A stretch of 63,930 nucleotides of DNA, filler included, from Octopus bimaculoides (GCF_001194135.2; 8 parts of 7 records of this genome joined end to end with filler, not necessarily neighbours in it); one strand, 5' to 3'. Shown: positions 13,512-26,989, numbered from the whole stretch's first letter. Notes: a model not told the origin generated them from the sequence alone. Translations and numbers: made by a program.

Positions 13512-13770
13512 GAGGATGGCGGGGAACCCTGCTATACGCTTTCACCACAACTTTCTCTCACTCTTTCTTCCTGTTTCTGTTGTACCTGTATTTCAAAGGG
13601 TCAGCCTTGTCACACTCTGTGTCACGCTGAATCTCCCCCGAGAACTAAGTTAAGGGTACCCGTGTCTGTGGAGTGCTCAGCCGCTTGCACGTTAATTTCA
13701 CGAGCAGGCTGTTCCGTTGATCGGATCTACTGGAACCCTCGTCGTCGCAACCGACGGAGCGCCGTAAAGG
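13512..13770 (+). mobile_element. SINE family C, 5'-truncated
   Basis: Matches 21540-21790 (TTTCACCACAACTTTCTCTC...CTGGAACCCTCG). Confidence 0.9.
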
Positions 13771-14221
13771 AAGAAAAGTAATATAAAAGAGGTGATGGTC
13801 GTTGCTAGGAAGCCTTTTGTGATTTCCCAACTTGATCCGAGACTGACTTTGGGCTGAACAACAGCAACAAAATAATTGTTTCTTTCTTGAAATTATGAAG
13901 CCATGAATGAAACAAAGATAAATTTACCTGAAAAATATTGAGTCATACACCTCTGGTGGGGGTGGGGGAGGTAATGACGATGTTGTTTCATTAATTATGT
14001 ACACTAATTATCTTCATTAATCATTGAGATAATTATCTCACAAGAAAGATAATAGTAAAATTAATAGGTCTGTGACAAATATAATTAACATTCGAGACAC
14101 ATTTACGTACGGACGGACACACATACACACACACGTACACCATACACATATACGTACATACATGCACACACGCACATACATACATATATACATGCACACA
14201 CACACATACGTACATACATAC

Positions 14222-14252
<31 letters not shown>

Positions 14253-14303
14253 CGTACGTACGTACATACAACTCTCTGTGTGTGTGTGTGTATGTGTGTG
14301 TGT

Positions 14304-14387
<84 letters not shown>

Positions 14388-14544
14388 TGGCAGTGTCGTT
14401 AAAAGCGTCGAACAAAGTGCTTCGTGATATTTGTTCCGAATCTCTGCACTGTCAGTTCCAATCCTGCCGCGGTAAACTTTGCCCCTTGCATCGTGAACGA
14501 AACGCCAAAGATGCATATTCACACACACACATACAGAGGTTTTA

Positions 14545-14800
14545 TATTTTCGTTTCATTGAACTGTTCTCGTTTTTTCCAGAGTGGCTCAGTAAGACGTC
14601 CAAACGCAGATGAGGCTTTTGCCATGCAATTTTAAAGCTCATTTCTCGTCGTTAATCGTCATTCGATAGAATGGTGCCGAGATAAATCAAAATAAGTGAC
14701 GCCATTTAGTATGTTTCCATCCATCACGATTCTTGTCAGCATCGGTGTTTTGATATTGCAAGGAACCAAATGAGGGAGTTTGTAAGTTCCAACTCGACAT
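14545..14800 (-). mobile_element. Decayed RTE LINE RT fragment
   Basis: With frameshifts reads YLGTILSNDD and KASSAFGRLTEPLWKK...TKI, resembling RTE domain 7 and thumb. Confidence 0.65.
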
Positions 14801-14814
14801 GCTAGGAATAACAG

Positions 14815-14985
14815 ACAAACCTTGTGGCTGCATGGTAAGAAGCTTGTCATCTAACCTCATGGTTCTGGGTTCGTTCCTACTGCACGGCATCTTGAGCAAG
14901 TATCATCTACTTTAGCCCTGGACCGGCCAAAGCCTTGTGAGTTGATTTGGTAGACGGAAACTGAAAGAAGCCCGTCGTATATATT

Positions 14986-15026
<41 letters not shown>
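14815..15026 (+). mobile_element. SINE family A 5' half, ending in its internal microsatellite at a gap
   Basis: A-box GTGGCTGCATGGTAAG, B-box GGGTTCGTTCC, TCTTGAGCAAG, GAAAGAAGCCCGTCGTATA. Confidence 0.85.
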
Positions 15027-15162
15027 NNNNNNNNNNNNNNNNNNNNNNNNNNNNNNNNNNNNNNNNNNNNTTAATTAATTAANNNNNNNNNNNNNNNNNN
15101 NNNNNNNNNNNNNNNNNNNNNNNNNNGAGGAGGAGGAGGAGGAGGAGGAGGAGGAGGAGGAG

Positions 15163-15246
15163 TATTCAGGTCACTGCCTGGAATCGAACACAGAATTTTG
15201 GGGTTAGAAGCCCGAGCTCTTAACCACTACACCATATGCCCGTGGG
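15163..15246 (-). mobile_element. Short tRNA-derived SINE head
   Basis: Minus strand GGGCATATGGTGTAGTGGTTAAGAGC...GTGTTCGATTCCAGGC has A and B boxes but no clean cloverleaf. Confidence 0.65.
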
Positions 15247-15559
15247 TATACGTTGTCTAGCGTCCCCCATCAGTTGCAGCCATTTAACCAGGGAATTGTA
15301 TGCAGAGAATTATTATGTTGGTATTAACGTATTACTAAATTCAAATATATGTTATTTTCGCATCAGATTTATAGTAGCATAAACTATTCGTCTTTCTTAT
15401 CTGATCATGGTTTTTCTGAGTTGGGTTGTTCATGACACAGAACTTAACATTATAGTGTTGAAAGCAACAGGCGTTTCTATTAAGCAGTTACCCAGAAAGT
15501 GATACTCATTTCAGATAAAACCTTACACCATCAATTGAAAAGTATATATAACCCTCTAC

Positions 15560-15860
15560 GAAACAGGAAAATTAGACATTTTGTGTATGATATGACATAC
15601 ATGGAGAGACAATGTGGAAACAACATCGCAACGTACATAGGGGCGACATCGCAAAGCCTACATGAAAAATTTGCAGTACAATAGGGAGGATAATTAAAGA
15701 AGTTTATCACAATGTCTAACTGATACATTATGGCTCAATTAAGATACTGAAGTAGAAAGTCATTCCAGACACACAAAAGAACCAGCTTTACAAGAAGTTA
15801 AAAAGACTGTAAAATGTATGTTGCAGATCCCGTTCAGACACAATTAATATGAAGAATGAA
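15560..15860 (+). mobile_element. Penelope-like GIY-YIG endonuclease remnant
   Basis: FVYDMTYMERQCGNNIATYIGATSQSL fits the VY..C..YIG.T motif. Confidence 0.6.
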
Positions 15861-15897
15861 GGATTACGATAACTTAGAAGTAAAGCAATATAAAAGT

Positions 15898-16275
15898 AAT
15901 ACTCTTTACTCTCTTTTACCTGTCATTTGACTGCGGCCATGCTGGAGCACCACCTTTAGTCGAGCAAATCGACCTCGGGACTTATTCTATCGGTCACTTT
16001 TGCCGAACCGCTAGTTTACGGAGACGCAAACACACCAGCTTCGGTTGTCAAGCAATGCTAGGAGGGGCAAACACAGACATATAAACACACACATATATAT
16101 ATACATATATACGACGGGCTTCTTTCAGTTTCCGTCTACTAAATCCACTCACAAGGCTTTGGTCGGCCCGAGGCTATAGTAGAAGACACTCGCCGAAGAT
16201 GCCACGCAGTGGGACTGAACCCGGAACGATGTGGTTGGTAAGCAAGCTACTTACCACACAGCCGCTCCTGCGCTT
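15898..16275 (-). mobile_element. SINE family A, full length
   Basis: tRNA head, CORE-like CTTCGGCGAGTGTCTTCTAC region, internal (TA/CA)n, (AGAGTAA) tail. Confidence 0.92.
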
Positions 16276-16859
16276 ATGTTAAAATATATCCAATGCTAAA
16301 ATATATCCAAAAACATTTTGTAATTGTCTACACACTAAGTCATTTGTTTTGATACTAAATAAAACAAAAGTGTTACGTAAACGAAAATGTCATTAATTTG
16401 CAAGCATGATACAACAGAAATTTTAAAATAGCAAAAATAAAACAGATATAAACTGTAGAACAAGCATTGAAAAGAGAAAATATACACCTAGGGAGAAAAC
16501 CAAAGATTGGCATGGCGAAAAATATTTCGGGAAAATGTTTCAAAGGAAAAATATAAATGAACAATAGACATGCAACAACCGGTTTGCTTGTATGTGTGTG
16601 TGTGTGTGAGTGTGTATGTGTGTGTGTGTGTGAGTGTGTATGTGTGTGTGTGTGTGAGTGTGTATGTGTGTGTGTGTGGGGGGGAGTGAGTGAGTGTGTG
16701 TGTGTGTGAGTGTGTGTGTGTGTGTGTGTNNNNNNNNNNNNNNNNNNNNNNNNNNNNNNNNNNNNNNNNNNNNNNNNNNNNNNNNNNNNNNNNNNNNNNN
16801 NNNNNNNNNNNNNNNNNNNNNNNNNNNNNNNNNNNNNNNNNNNNNNNNNNNNNNNNNNN

Positions 16860-16906
<47 letters not shown>

Positions 16907-17564
16907 GCACGCACGCACGCACACATAAATGATTGGAATATTCATTTATGCGGTGGAATACAAAAAGATATTTTAATACAGATACAAAACTAATTGATGA
17001 ATGAAGATTTGCTTATCAGCCAGACAGCTTAGGATCTGTAATATCTCAAATCAATTTACAGCCGTGTGGGCATGACTGTGTGTGTGTATGTGTGCGTGTG
17101 TGCTTTTGTATGTGTGTGCGTGAGCGTGTACGTGTGCGCGCTTGTGTGTGTGTGTTGCGTTGAAGGAGTGGGCTATTGGTAAGGTGAAAACAGAGTTTGC
17201 GTTTGGATATTAAGCTATGTTTGATACTTCGATTAACATAAGTGAATATTCCGGTTCTTTGCTAAAGTATAAAGTAATATGAAACACAATTTATTAAATT
17301 CTCGTTTATTTATGGCACGTTATGTGATTCTAGATGTGCATCCAACTGTTATGTCTTTCTCGAGAATTTGGTTCCAGCTATGTGGACAAGCGGTTCGGCA
17401 ATCTGAAAATACGGTCGAGTGACTAATGTACCACCAAGAAAGACAGACATTAATATAGCTATTTTCTAGGCACTTTTTTAAAAATTATATATTTGTTTCT
17501 CAAATTGTGAGGCGAGTAGCTTACGCAAATAAAAATTATGATGCCATATATATAATTGCGTCTG

Positions 17565-17613
<49 letters not shown>

Positions 17614-17785
17614 GCATGTGGGGGTGCGCACGAGCGCGTATATACACACAAACACATATATCTGTATATATATATATATATATATNNNNNNNNNNNNNNN
17701 NNNNNNNNNNNNNNNNNNNNNNNNNNNNNTTAATTAATTAANNNNNNNNNNNNNNNNNNNNNNNNNNNNNNNNNNNNNNNNNNNN

Positions 17786-18125
17786 TAGCAATGGTTAAGT
17801 TTGGGTTTGTATTTTGAATGAAAAAGGTTTCCTTATTTAATCTAATCTGTGTTGGTGTTTTAATGGCACATTGATAAAAAGGAAAGATTATAAATTGTGG
17901 TAGCATTTGTTTTGCGCATTTCTCAATATGATCACTAAGAGGTATCATTCGGTATTCTGGGTGTGCAATCTGCTGGCGGTGCAGAGTGCATCTACGTCTG
18001 AGCGATAATCCTGTGGACCCTATGTAGTTCTCATGGCAGCCCGAACATCTTATTACATAAATAAGATTTTCTCAGGCACAAGTAAAGTTAGATTTAACTT
18101 TGAATTTGTGTCCCTCCTTGAAGAG
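17786..18125 (-). mobile_element. Penelope-like GIY-YIG endonuclease fragment
   Basis: NFTCA*ENLIYVIRCSGCHENYIGSTGLSLRRRCTLHRQQI...KETFFIQNTNPNL. Confidence 0.88.
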
Positions 18126-18769
18126 GAATTCTGAACCTTCTAGAATGTTTGGGCAGATTTCATACATAATTGTTTGTATGCATACATACATTTATGAATT
18201 TTGTATTCTGTTTGCATTTCACATACACATGCACACACATACCCACGCGTATATTTGAAGAACAAGCTTCTTTTTGTTGTTTCTGGTGTATAACGTCTTT
18301 ACTTCTCAACAGTTAGTATTGTGTGTATATTTTTGACTGCGTCTTGTGTTTTATAGATAAATATTACATCATTAATTATCTAATTAACTTCTTTAACATA
18401 ATACACATATATACTTATTCTTTAAGACAAGAATCTAATTAATATTTCTATTATACAGTATTAAATTACTCCATTTATAATAGATATTTCTTTATAGAAT
18501 TCTGCTGTATGACCTCAATATTCAATGCAAATATTCACATACGAATTCATCTACGCTCACATACACACACTTTCACACATCTTCTATCGCGCACACACAC
18601 ATACATGCACACATACATATATATATATATATACACACATACATATGTATATATGTATATATATATTTATACTTGTATATGTATATATATATATATACGT
18701 ACGCGCAAACATAACTGTGCTCGTGCATATATGTTATTCTATGTACACATAATCGCGAATAACATTTAA

Positions 18770-19135
18770 CGTCCATTTTCCTTTCCTTTCATGTGTTGGA
18801 CGATTCATTAAGCTTCCGCCAGTAGAAGGTGTCACTACTTGATACAGTCTTCTTGTTTTCTTGAGGTTCAACCTTGTGATGTTCCGAGGTTCAACCTTCA
18901 CACTCCCGTGATCAACACTTCTTATCATGTTTTCTTTCGTTTGTCTCTTTTAGAGAATCTTTACATTTGATTAGGTTCATACTGTTTAATCTGACTGTCA
19001 TCCTTCATATTTGTCACATTGCGGTAACAGCTCTGTCTTTTCTTTTGTACCCTAAAATCTAAATCCATTCTACTCAGTTTTTTTCTCTGCATATTAATGC
19101 TCCATTGTTTAATTCCATGTTGTGTGCCCTCACCC
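18770..19135 (-). mobile_element. Decayed RTE LINE 3' end
   Basis: REKLSRMDLDFRVQKKRQSCYRNVTNMKDD resembles REKL..VQERRLRWYGHV.RM; tail GGACGTTAAATG. Confidence 0.65.
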
Positions 19136-19139
19136 TCTG

Positions 19140-19575
19140 TAGACTACGATTGTACAGGTGGTATATATAGGATTGCAATCAAGCTAACGAAGATGTTAGA
19201 CTTTATAAGAAGCTGGTGCAAGAGTGTTGTGATATGTATTGAGAACTAGCAATAAATAAATACACCTAAATTCTTGCAAACTTCTCTATAAATTGATAGC
19301 TCTTGTTACCTAGATTACATAATTAGCATTGGGTGTTCTGAAAACATTGTAGCCAGAGTAAGAAATCGCAGAATGTCCGTGATGCTGTTATGTCTGTTAG
19401 CGATAGAAAGCTTCTTCCTTATAATGAAAAGCCGATTGTATTATGTTTGTGACTGTGAACATACGGGCCTTGAATGCAGAAAATCTGCGTAGCTTTGAAA
19501 GAAATTGAATGCATTTGCTCCATTCTATGAGAATATTAGCGATGGAGAATAAACGAACTGAGAGAACTAAAAAGG
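19140..19575 (+). mobile_element. Decayed RTE LINE fragment, inverted relative to the adjacent 3' end
   Basis: IDSSCYLDYIISIGCSENIVARVR and WALNAENLRSFERN, after frameshift correction. Confidence 0.7.
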
Positions 19576-21411
19576 ACTAAAACCTAATGTGGTAGAATTA
19601 AACTGCCTGGTAATGTAATGTGTACAGAGAGTTATACAATGTGACCTTCTGTTAAAATGAACGGTACCTATTGAAGTAGGAGGCTGTGGAAGGGATGGTA
19701 TCAAGTGGCGAATATTGATTTGAAGATTCTGCATGTCAGCTGGCATACACCGGTGCAAGTCGGAAAATAACCTTAAAACTGGCAGCGACGCTAATTTGGA
19801 GGTATAGATTTACCTCAAAATCTGTATCTACTGCCTTCGTAACTCTTTGTTATCCTTCATCTACCCATTGCAAATATCTCTAACACTCTTCTCGCTGGCA
19901 CACATCTTTCTTTTACTCATTTCTCTATCACTCACCTCATTTATACCAACACGTCTGTCCAACACTTTGCCTTAGTTCGCTAAGGACTTGTACTGTTTCA
20001 GTCAGTTAATATTTTAAAAAAGAAGCTAAGCTATGGCTTTTAAAAGCTTCTTTGTGTTTATGAGATATTTATATTTTATAACAATCAAAATAGAATTCGT
20101 ATATGACAAAATCTCATTTTGCAGACAACGAAGAATATATGTTCGTTGAAATATAATGCCAGAACGACATTCGAAGAAGATGACTGTAGAATGCACCAAT
20201 TTAAATATAGTGTAGAATTGGCACCTGAAGATAATTTGAGAATACTAAATTATATTTTAGTGTTACCAGAAACAGAATAAATGGAGTTTAATAGCTCAAG
20301 CAATATACGTATAATACTCTCGTAAAAATCTCATCTCAGACAAATAGTCATCCTCCAAGGAAATATTGATCATGATCAAAGTGTTCACAACACTCGGAAA
20401 AATCAAGTTTCTGAGTTAATCTCATGTGACCTTCAGCCGCACTTTCTCTGATATTGTCATCTAATAATAATATACACCCCTCCTCTTCTCACCCCTGTCT
20501 CCATCACCATTACCGCCACTACCATCACTAACACCGCTACCATCTGCAGTTAACCATGTCGTTTGTTATCAAATAAACTTAGTTAAGTTTCAATCATAAA
20601 ACAGCTTTTTCATCAAGAGCTTAATTACAATTAAATTGATGTTGTTGATTTTTATTGCTTTTGTTGTTGCTAAGATTATTGCAGCATTTTTTTCCAGTTC
20701 TTCCTTTAATACATAGAGTATTTAATAATGTCATCGCTCCCCACTACAAAATGTTCTGCTGCAATTAATATAGCAATAAGAGAGTTTATAAACATATCAT
20801 TTATTGTTATTTCTATCAATTTGACAAAAGAGAGGTGAAATGATTTTACTGTTCGGTTTTAATTGTTATATTTGTTGTTGCTGTTAACGCCATGAGTCAG
20901 TAGATTAAACTCTCAATTTGGATTTCAACGAGCAAGTGGAACCCATTTAAATACTTTCCTAATGCATATGAACAATGTAGCCTTTCATCATTTCTAATAT
21001 TTTCTTTGATGTTCCATAGGTTTGGCAAGTAGGGTAGTGTTAGGAAGTATTACACGAGTTTCATAAATAACACACTATTTAGTTTCAATCCTTCATGTTG
21101 TGAGTTCATATCCCTCTGGAGTTGTCATTACCATTTATATCACAGAGCTTGATAAATATATGATGAATATCGATAACCTAAAACTAACATCCAAATCTTC
21201 GTTCAATTGCTTGACATTATCCTTAAACAGACAAGTTGGAGTATGTACTAGCAGATACCACCTGAAATAAAGAATTGGTGGTCATGACGGGAAAGCTAAG
21301 CAAGGGTTAAATAACAACAACAACCTTAACAACAACAAGGTGTCTCACTTAAAATACACACATTTCAAGCAAAACAAAACGTGGCTATATTTGGATGATT
21401 ACGTTGCTACA

Positions 21412-21799
21412 GTGGAGGCGCAATGGCCCAGTGGTTAGGGAAGCGGACTCGCGGTCATAGGATCGCGGTTTCGATTCCCAGTCCGGGCGTTGTGAGTGTT
21501 TATTGAGCGAAAACACCTAAAGCTCGACGAGGATCCGGCAGGGGATGGTGGCGAACGCTGCTGTACTCTTTCACCACAACTTTCTCTCACTCTTTCTTCC
21601 TGTTTCTGTTGTACCTGTATTTCAAAGGGTCAGCCTTGTCACACTGTGTCACGCTGAATATCCCCGAGAACTACGTTAAGGGTACACGTGTCTGTGGAGT
21701 GCTCAGCCACTTGCACGTTAATTTCACGAGCAGGCTGTTCCGTTGATCGGATCAACTGGAACCCTCGACGTCGTAAGCGACGGAGTGCCAACAACAACT
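21412..21799 (+). mobile_element. SINE family C, full length, with 8-bp TSD
   Basis: tRNA head with A/B boxes and (AAC)n tail. TTGCTACA occurs at 21404-21411 and 21800-21807. Confidence 0.93.
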
Positions 21800-22827
21800 T
21801 TGCTACATCACTGATCCGACATGAATTTGGACTAAATTATTATTATTATCATTATTACCGCCATCACCTTTATAACCATCATTATTATTATTCCTATTTA
21901 TTATTAAGAGGTGTTATTCAATGTTGTTTAGTTTCAACTTTTGTCTTGTACTTGAGATTATTATAAATATGTGAGTGTTTAAGGGAATAGTAGTAGCAAG
22001 ATAAACAGCTTGGTGAATAGATTAAATTTCACAGGTCTGTAATTAGATTCGGTTGATGGTGAAGAGATCAGCAATGGGCATTCTTGTGCGATAAGGAGAC
22101 AAAAGTGGCTTCACAGCCTTGGGGCCAGCAGAGGTCAAATATGTTTACTACTACTAGCGATCAATGAAAGCGCTGACTTTGGCCTCGAAAAGAACCAAGT
22201 CACCTTGTTCTAATTTTAATACTGATAGAAAAAACAATTATATACATATATACTGATGTTCACCTCGTTCAATTTTTGAAAATCTCAATTTTTTTCCTCC
22301 GAAAGTTTTCTTTTTGTTATTTGTCTTTTTATAATTTTGCTGTGGTTTATAGTTTTTGTAATAATGTAGTTTGCATATATTGGCAGGTGCTTACCTTCTG
22401 ATTTTTTTGTTTTTTATCGTGCATTTAATTGTGTTGTTACAATGAAAGGTATGTTTATATATTCGGGTAGCCAGGGGAAAAAGAAAGATAAAATTTTCAC
22501 ACAAAATTGTATATATTAGACTTTCTAAATTTTTTTGAAATGTTCGTTTCTATGTCTGATGACAGAAAACTGTCGTGTTTTTGCAATAAAAAGGATGTTT
22601 ACATTTTTGAATACTCAGGGAGGAAGGAAAAGAAGGAAAAGGAGGGTAAAATTCTCATAGAATATTGTAGATATTAAAGTTCTAAAATTTACTAAAGATG
22701 ATCGTTTGCTTGTCCGAACAAAGAAAACTGCTGTGTTCTTACCATAAAGAGGATGTTTACATTTTCGAATACTCAGAGAGAGAGAGACAGAGAGAGAGGG
22801 AGAGAGAGGGAGAGAGGGAGAGAGAGA

Positions 22828-22881
<54 letters not shown>

Positions 22882-22904
22882 AGAGGATAGGTNNNNNNNN
22901 NNNN

Positions 22905-22950
<46 letters not shown>

Positions 22951-23319
22951 AGAGGATAGGTATTCACAGAAGTTGTAGATATCAAAGATTTTATTATTAT
23001 TATAAATGATAATAATATATAATGTATGTATGTGTGTATGTACACAAGCGGCACGCGCACATATAAATTAATATCGACAGCAGTGCGAAATTATTTACCA
23101 AAAGGAAATTCTATTATTATTACTAAATATGACAAGAGTGTTAGAACACTTAATTTGCAAGCAATAAGAACTAAAACACTTATGCTGCAGTAAAGAACAT
23201 AATTGTATACATATATACTGACAGGGAGTCTACCTTTTAACCCCAGGAAAACATTTTATACAGCTGGTTAACGACACACAACTTGTGTCTGATATATTAC
23301 ACGCAATATAGAAGACACA

Positions 23320-23535
23320 GGAAGGCGGCAAGCTGGCAGAAACGTTAGCACGCCAGGCGGAATGCTTAGCAGTATTCCGGCTGTCTTTACGTTCTGAGTT
23401 CATATAACACCGAGGTCGACTTTGCCTTTCATCCTTTCGGGGTCGAAAATTAAAATAACAGTTTCGTACAGAGGTCAATCTAATCGACTATCCTCCGACC
23501 CCAAAATCTCAGGCCTCGTGCCTAAAAGATGTTTC
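23320..23535 (+). mobile_element. SINE family B variant
   Basis: GGCGGCAAGCTGGCAGAAACGTTAGCACG...GTCGACTTTGCCTTTCATCCTTTCGGGGTCG. Confidence 0.88.
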
Positions 23536-23546
23536 CGCGGGGTTAA

Positions 23547-23648
<102 letters not shown>

Positions 23649-23908
23649 CATGACATATGAGATACTCACAAAAACCCTCTATGAGTTTCTGTTATATACA
23701 TTGCACAAACAATACTATAAATTACAATATGAGCGTAATTACGAAGACATGTATTTATAAACCTACTCAATAATTCGTGTTCTGGGGTGGAACAGATGTT
23801 ACCAACTACTATGATAATATTAGATGAACACTTATGTTTCTCTTGTACAAAACCTTACTTCCTTTTCTGTGTATATATACGTGTGCTTCTGTATGTGCAT
23901 GTGTGTGT

Positions 23909-23983
<75 letters not shown>

Positions 23984-24206
23984 GATCGAAAGACAATAAT
24001 AACAAAATGTATATATATGGTCTTTTATCCTTGTATTTGTTTGAGTGCGTCCATATGTATGCATACTTATGCTTAAATACATTCGCTTATGTATGTGAGT
24101 GATAGTGTGCGTATGCATACACATACACACACAATTATATATATGTGTGTGTGTGTGTGTGTGTGAATATATGTGACATTGGAGTGAGGAACAGAGAAAG
24201 CTAAAC

Positions 24207-24269
<63 letters not shown>

Positions 24270-24371
24270 NNNNNNNNNNNNNNNNNNNNNNNNNNNNNNN
24301 NNNNNNNNNNNNNTTAATTAATTAANNNNNNNNNNNNNNNNNNNNNNNNNNNNNNNNNNNNNNNNNNNNGA

Positions 24372-24840
24372 CGGTCAATTAAAGACCATCATTGAGAAAG
24401 ATCCACATAAAACCAGTCGAGAACTTCAAGTTAGTAAGAAAACTGCCTGCAACCATTTGCATGCCATAGGAAAACCAAAACAGCTCGAGAAATGAGTACC
24501 ACATGATTTGAATGAAAATCAGAAAATGCACAGATATGAAATTTGCTCGTCGCTTCTTCTCCGTAACCAGACCGATCTATTTCTCGACCGCATTGTAACT
24601 TGCGATGAAAAGTGGATTCTGTACAATAATAAAAAAAGTTCTTCGCAGTTGTTGGACCGAAATGAAGCACCAAGAGCCTTCCTTAAACCTGAGCTCTTCT
24701 TAAAACAGGTTATGGTGACTGGTTGGTGGTGTACTACTGAACTCATCCGCTATAACTTCTTAAAACCTGGAAAAAAAAAACATTACTACAGGAACATATT
24801 GACGTGAAATTGCCAAAATGAATGAAAAACTGCTTACTTT
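24372..24840 (+). mobile_element. Mariner (Tc1/mariner DD34D) transposase fragment, disrupted
   Basis: *VPHDLNENQ (WVPHEL motif), FLDRIVTCDEKWILYNN (first catalytic Asp), KQVMVTGWW. Confidence 0.93.
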
Positions 24841-24894
24841 TTGCTCTGCCTGATATATTTAGGCAAATCAAAAAATTAAAAATAACAAAAGTCA

Positions 24895-25060
24895 AAAGGA
24901 CATACACATGGAATACATTAGGTTGATGCTCAGTATAACATGGGAAAAAGAGTGGGTGTATAACGTTTCGAGCATGGCTCTTCGTCAGAAAGAGGAGAGA
25001 GGAAAAGCTCAGAGAGAAAGTAAAAAGTCCATGAAAAGCACCTGTGTGGTTACATATACA
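24895..25060 (-). mobile_element. Short Penelope pLTR-like element carrying a hammerhead motif
   Basis: Homologous to 28345-28565; ends in microsatellite. Confidence 0.6.
24962..24991 (-). ncRNA. Minimal hammerhead ribozyme motif
   Basis: CTGACGA-a-GAGC-cat-GCTC-GAAAC-GTT: intact core, 4-bp stem II, palindromic AACGTT in place of stem III, weak stem I. Confidence 0.6.
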
Positions 25061-25354
25061 TATGTGTGTGTGTGTGTGTGTAACATATGGTATAACTATA
25101 AACAGGGCAAGTTTTAGCCATTTCTCCGCAAACTGAAAAAAACGATGAAGTACCTTAATAGGTTCTTATCAGAGGCGTCCACATCATTCTGACAGTCTCC
25201 AAAGAAACAAGCAGCCAAACTATTTATATACTCAACAAATGCAGCAGTTACTCTATGAAGGTGTCCCTAATTTGCATACCGAAAGTGTTTAACAGTCCAT
25301 AAATACCAGCGGCCTGTCAACAGTCCACACAGTATCAAGGTATGGTATATTCTT

Positions 25355-25582
25355 TTTTCTTTTGTTCTTTTACATGTTTCAGCTATTTGACTGCGGCCAT
25401 GCTGGAGCACCGCCTTTAGTCGAGTAAATCGACCCCAGGACTTATTGTTTGTAAGCTTAATACTTACTCTATCTGTTTCTTTTGCCGAACCGCTAAGTTA
25501 CGAGGACGGAAACACACTTGCATCGGTTGTCAAGAGATGTTGGGGAACAAACACAGAAAGACAAACATACAGACACACACAC

Positions 25583-25629
<47 letters not shown>

Positions 25630-25715
25630 ACGGGCTTCTTTCAGTTTCCGTCAACCAAATCTACTACCAAGGCTTTAGTAAGCAAGTTACTTACCACACA
25701 ACCACTCCTGCGCCA
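25355..25715 (-). mobile_element. SINE family A copy with internal deletion
   Basis: TTTGACTGCGGCCATGCTGGAGCACCGCC through CCACTCCTGCGCC. Confidence 0.9.
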
Positions 25716-25789
25716 ATGTAAATATGTATGTATGTAAGTATGTATGTATGTATGTACGTATGTACGTATGCATGTATGTACGTATGTAC

Positions 25790-25820
<31 letters not shown>

Positions 25821-26414
25821 TGTATGTATGTATGTATCAAATTACTCATTAACAAATTGACTCAGACCTACATTGCTGAAACTTTCGCTGATGTAATAGC
25901 GTTTGACTCCCCCGTTGTCAAGAATCAGAATGAATAGAAATAAAAATGGCTTCTACGTGAGAATATTTGGTCCACTTCAAGTCACGCGAAGAAGTCAGCA
26001 TCACAATGACAATAGATAATCGTGATTTTCATTGATGCTTATTTTATTGGTAGAAACCAATTTTATACATCTGATTGTTTGTGACACTTTATAATTTGAA
26101 AAGCTGTTCTTGGTAACAGGCGCAAAATGTTTTTTTCCACCATTTTCTCCTTTCCAGTCCACTTGGATTACTACTCCATCTTACATTACTTACATTACAG
26201 TAAATATGAGGTCGAGGATCTTCCATGTGGTCATTCGACCTACTAGAAACAACTGCCACATATCTCTTAGAACCCATTGCTGTCTTAAATAAGAAAACAT
26301 TGGAGATTGTAATCAAGTGTACATTATTATATATGCAAAATATAAGTTGTATTTGGGCAGAATATGTATGTATGTATGTATGTATGTACGTATGTATGTA
26401 TGTACACATTTTAC

Positions 26415-26600
26415 TATAGGCACAAGGCTTGAAATTAGTCGATTACATCGACCTCATTATTCGACTGGTACATATTTCATCGATCCCGAATGAATGAAAG
26501 ACAAAGACGCTTTCGGTGGAATTTGAACTCGGAGCGTATAACCGTAAGAAACGTCCCGAAACATTTGGTTAACGTTCTAACGATTCTACAAACTCACCGG
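26415..26600 (-). mobile_element. SINE family B copy (diverged)
   Basis: GTCGATTACATCGACC...GACTGGTAC...GGAATTTGAACTC. Confidence 0.75.
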
Positions 26601-26855
26601 TTTACATACGTACATATATGCATGCATACATACCTACATACATACATAGAAGTATATTAATATACTGTAGTGTCTTAAGTACATTAATATACATTCTAAT
26701 TACCATAGGACTGTTAAATTGGGTCATTGACGGTATCTCAATTAGAATATCTGATCTGTCTGCAACTGAAGACATGTTTAATAACCACCCACTTATTACA
26801 ATCAAGCGCTATCAACCATCATCATCATCAGTGGTGGTGGCGGTGACGGCGATGA

Positions 26856-26913
<58 letters not shown>

Positions 26914-26989
26914 TACAATGTTACAATAATAGCGATTACACCTCCAACCACCACGGTAAAAGCGCAGGATTAACCAATTTTCTAAGGAT

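Noticed and set aside
20225-20275. CTGAAGA...CCAGAAAC hammerhead-like spacing
   Set aside because: No stem I, no stem III palindrome and no cleavage triplet; at best a very decayed remnant.
22560-22780. Imperfect direct repeat of about 70 bp
   Set aside because: A small local duplication with no TSD, spacer system or coding signal.
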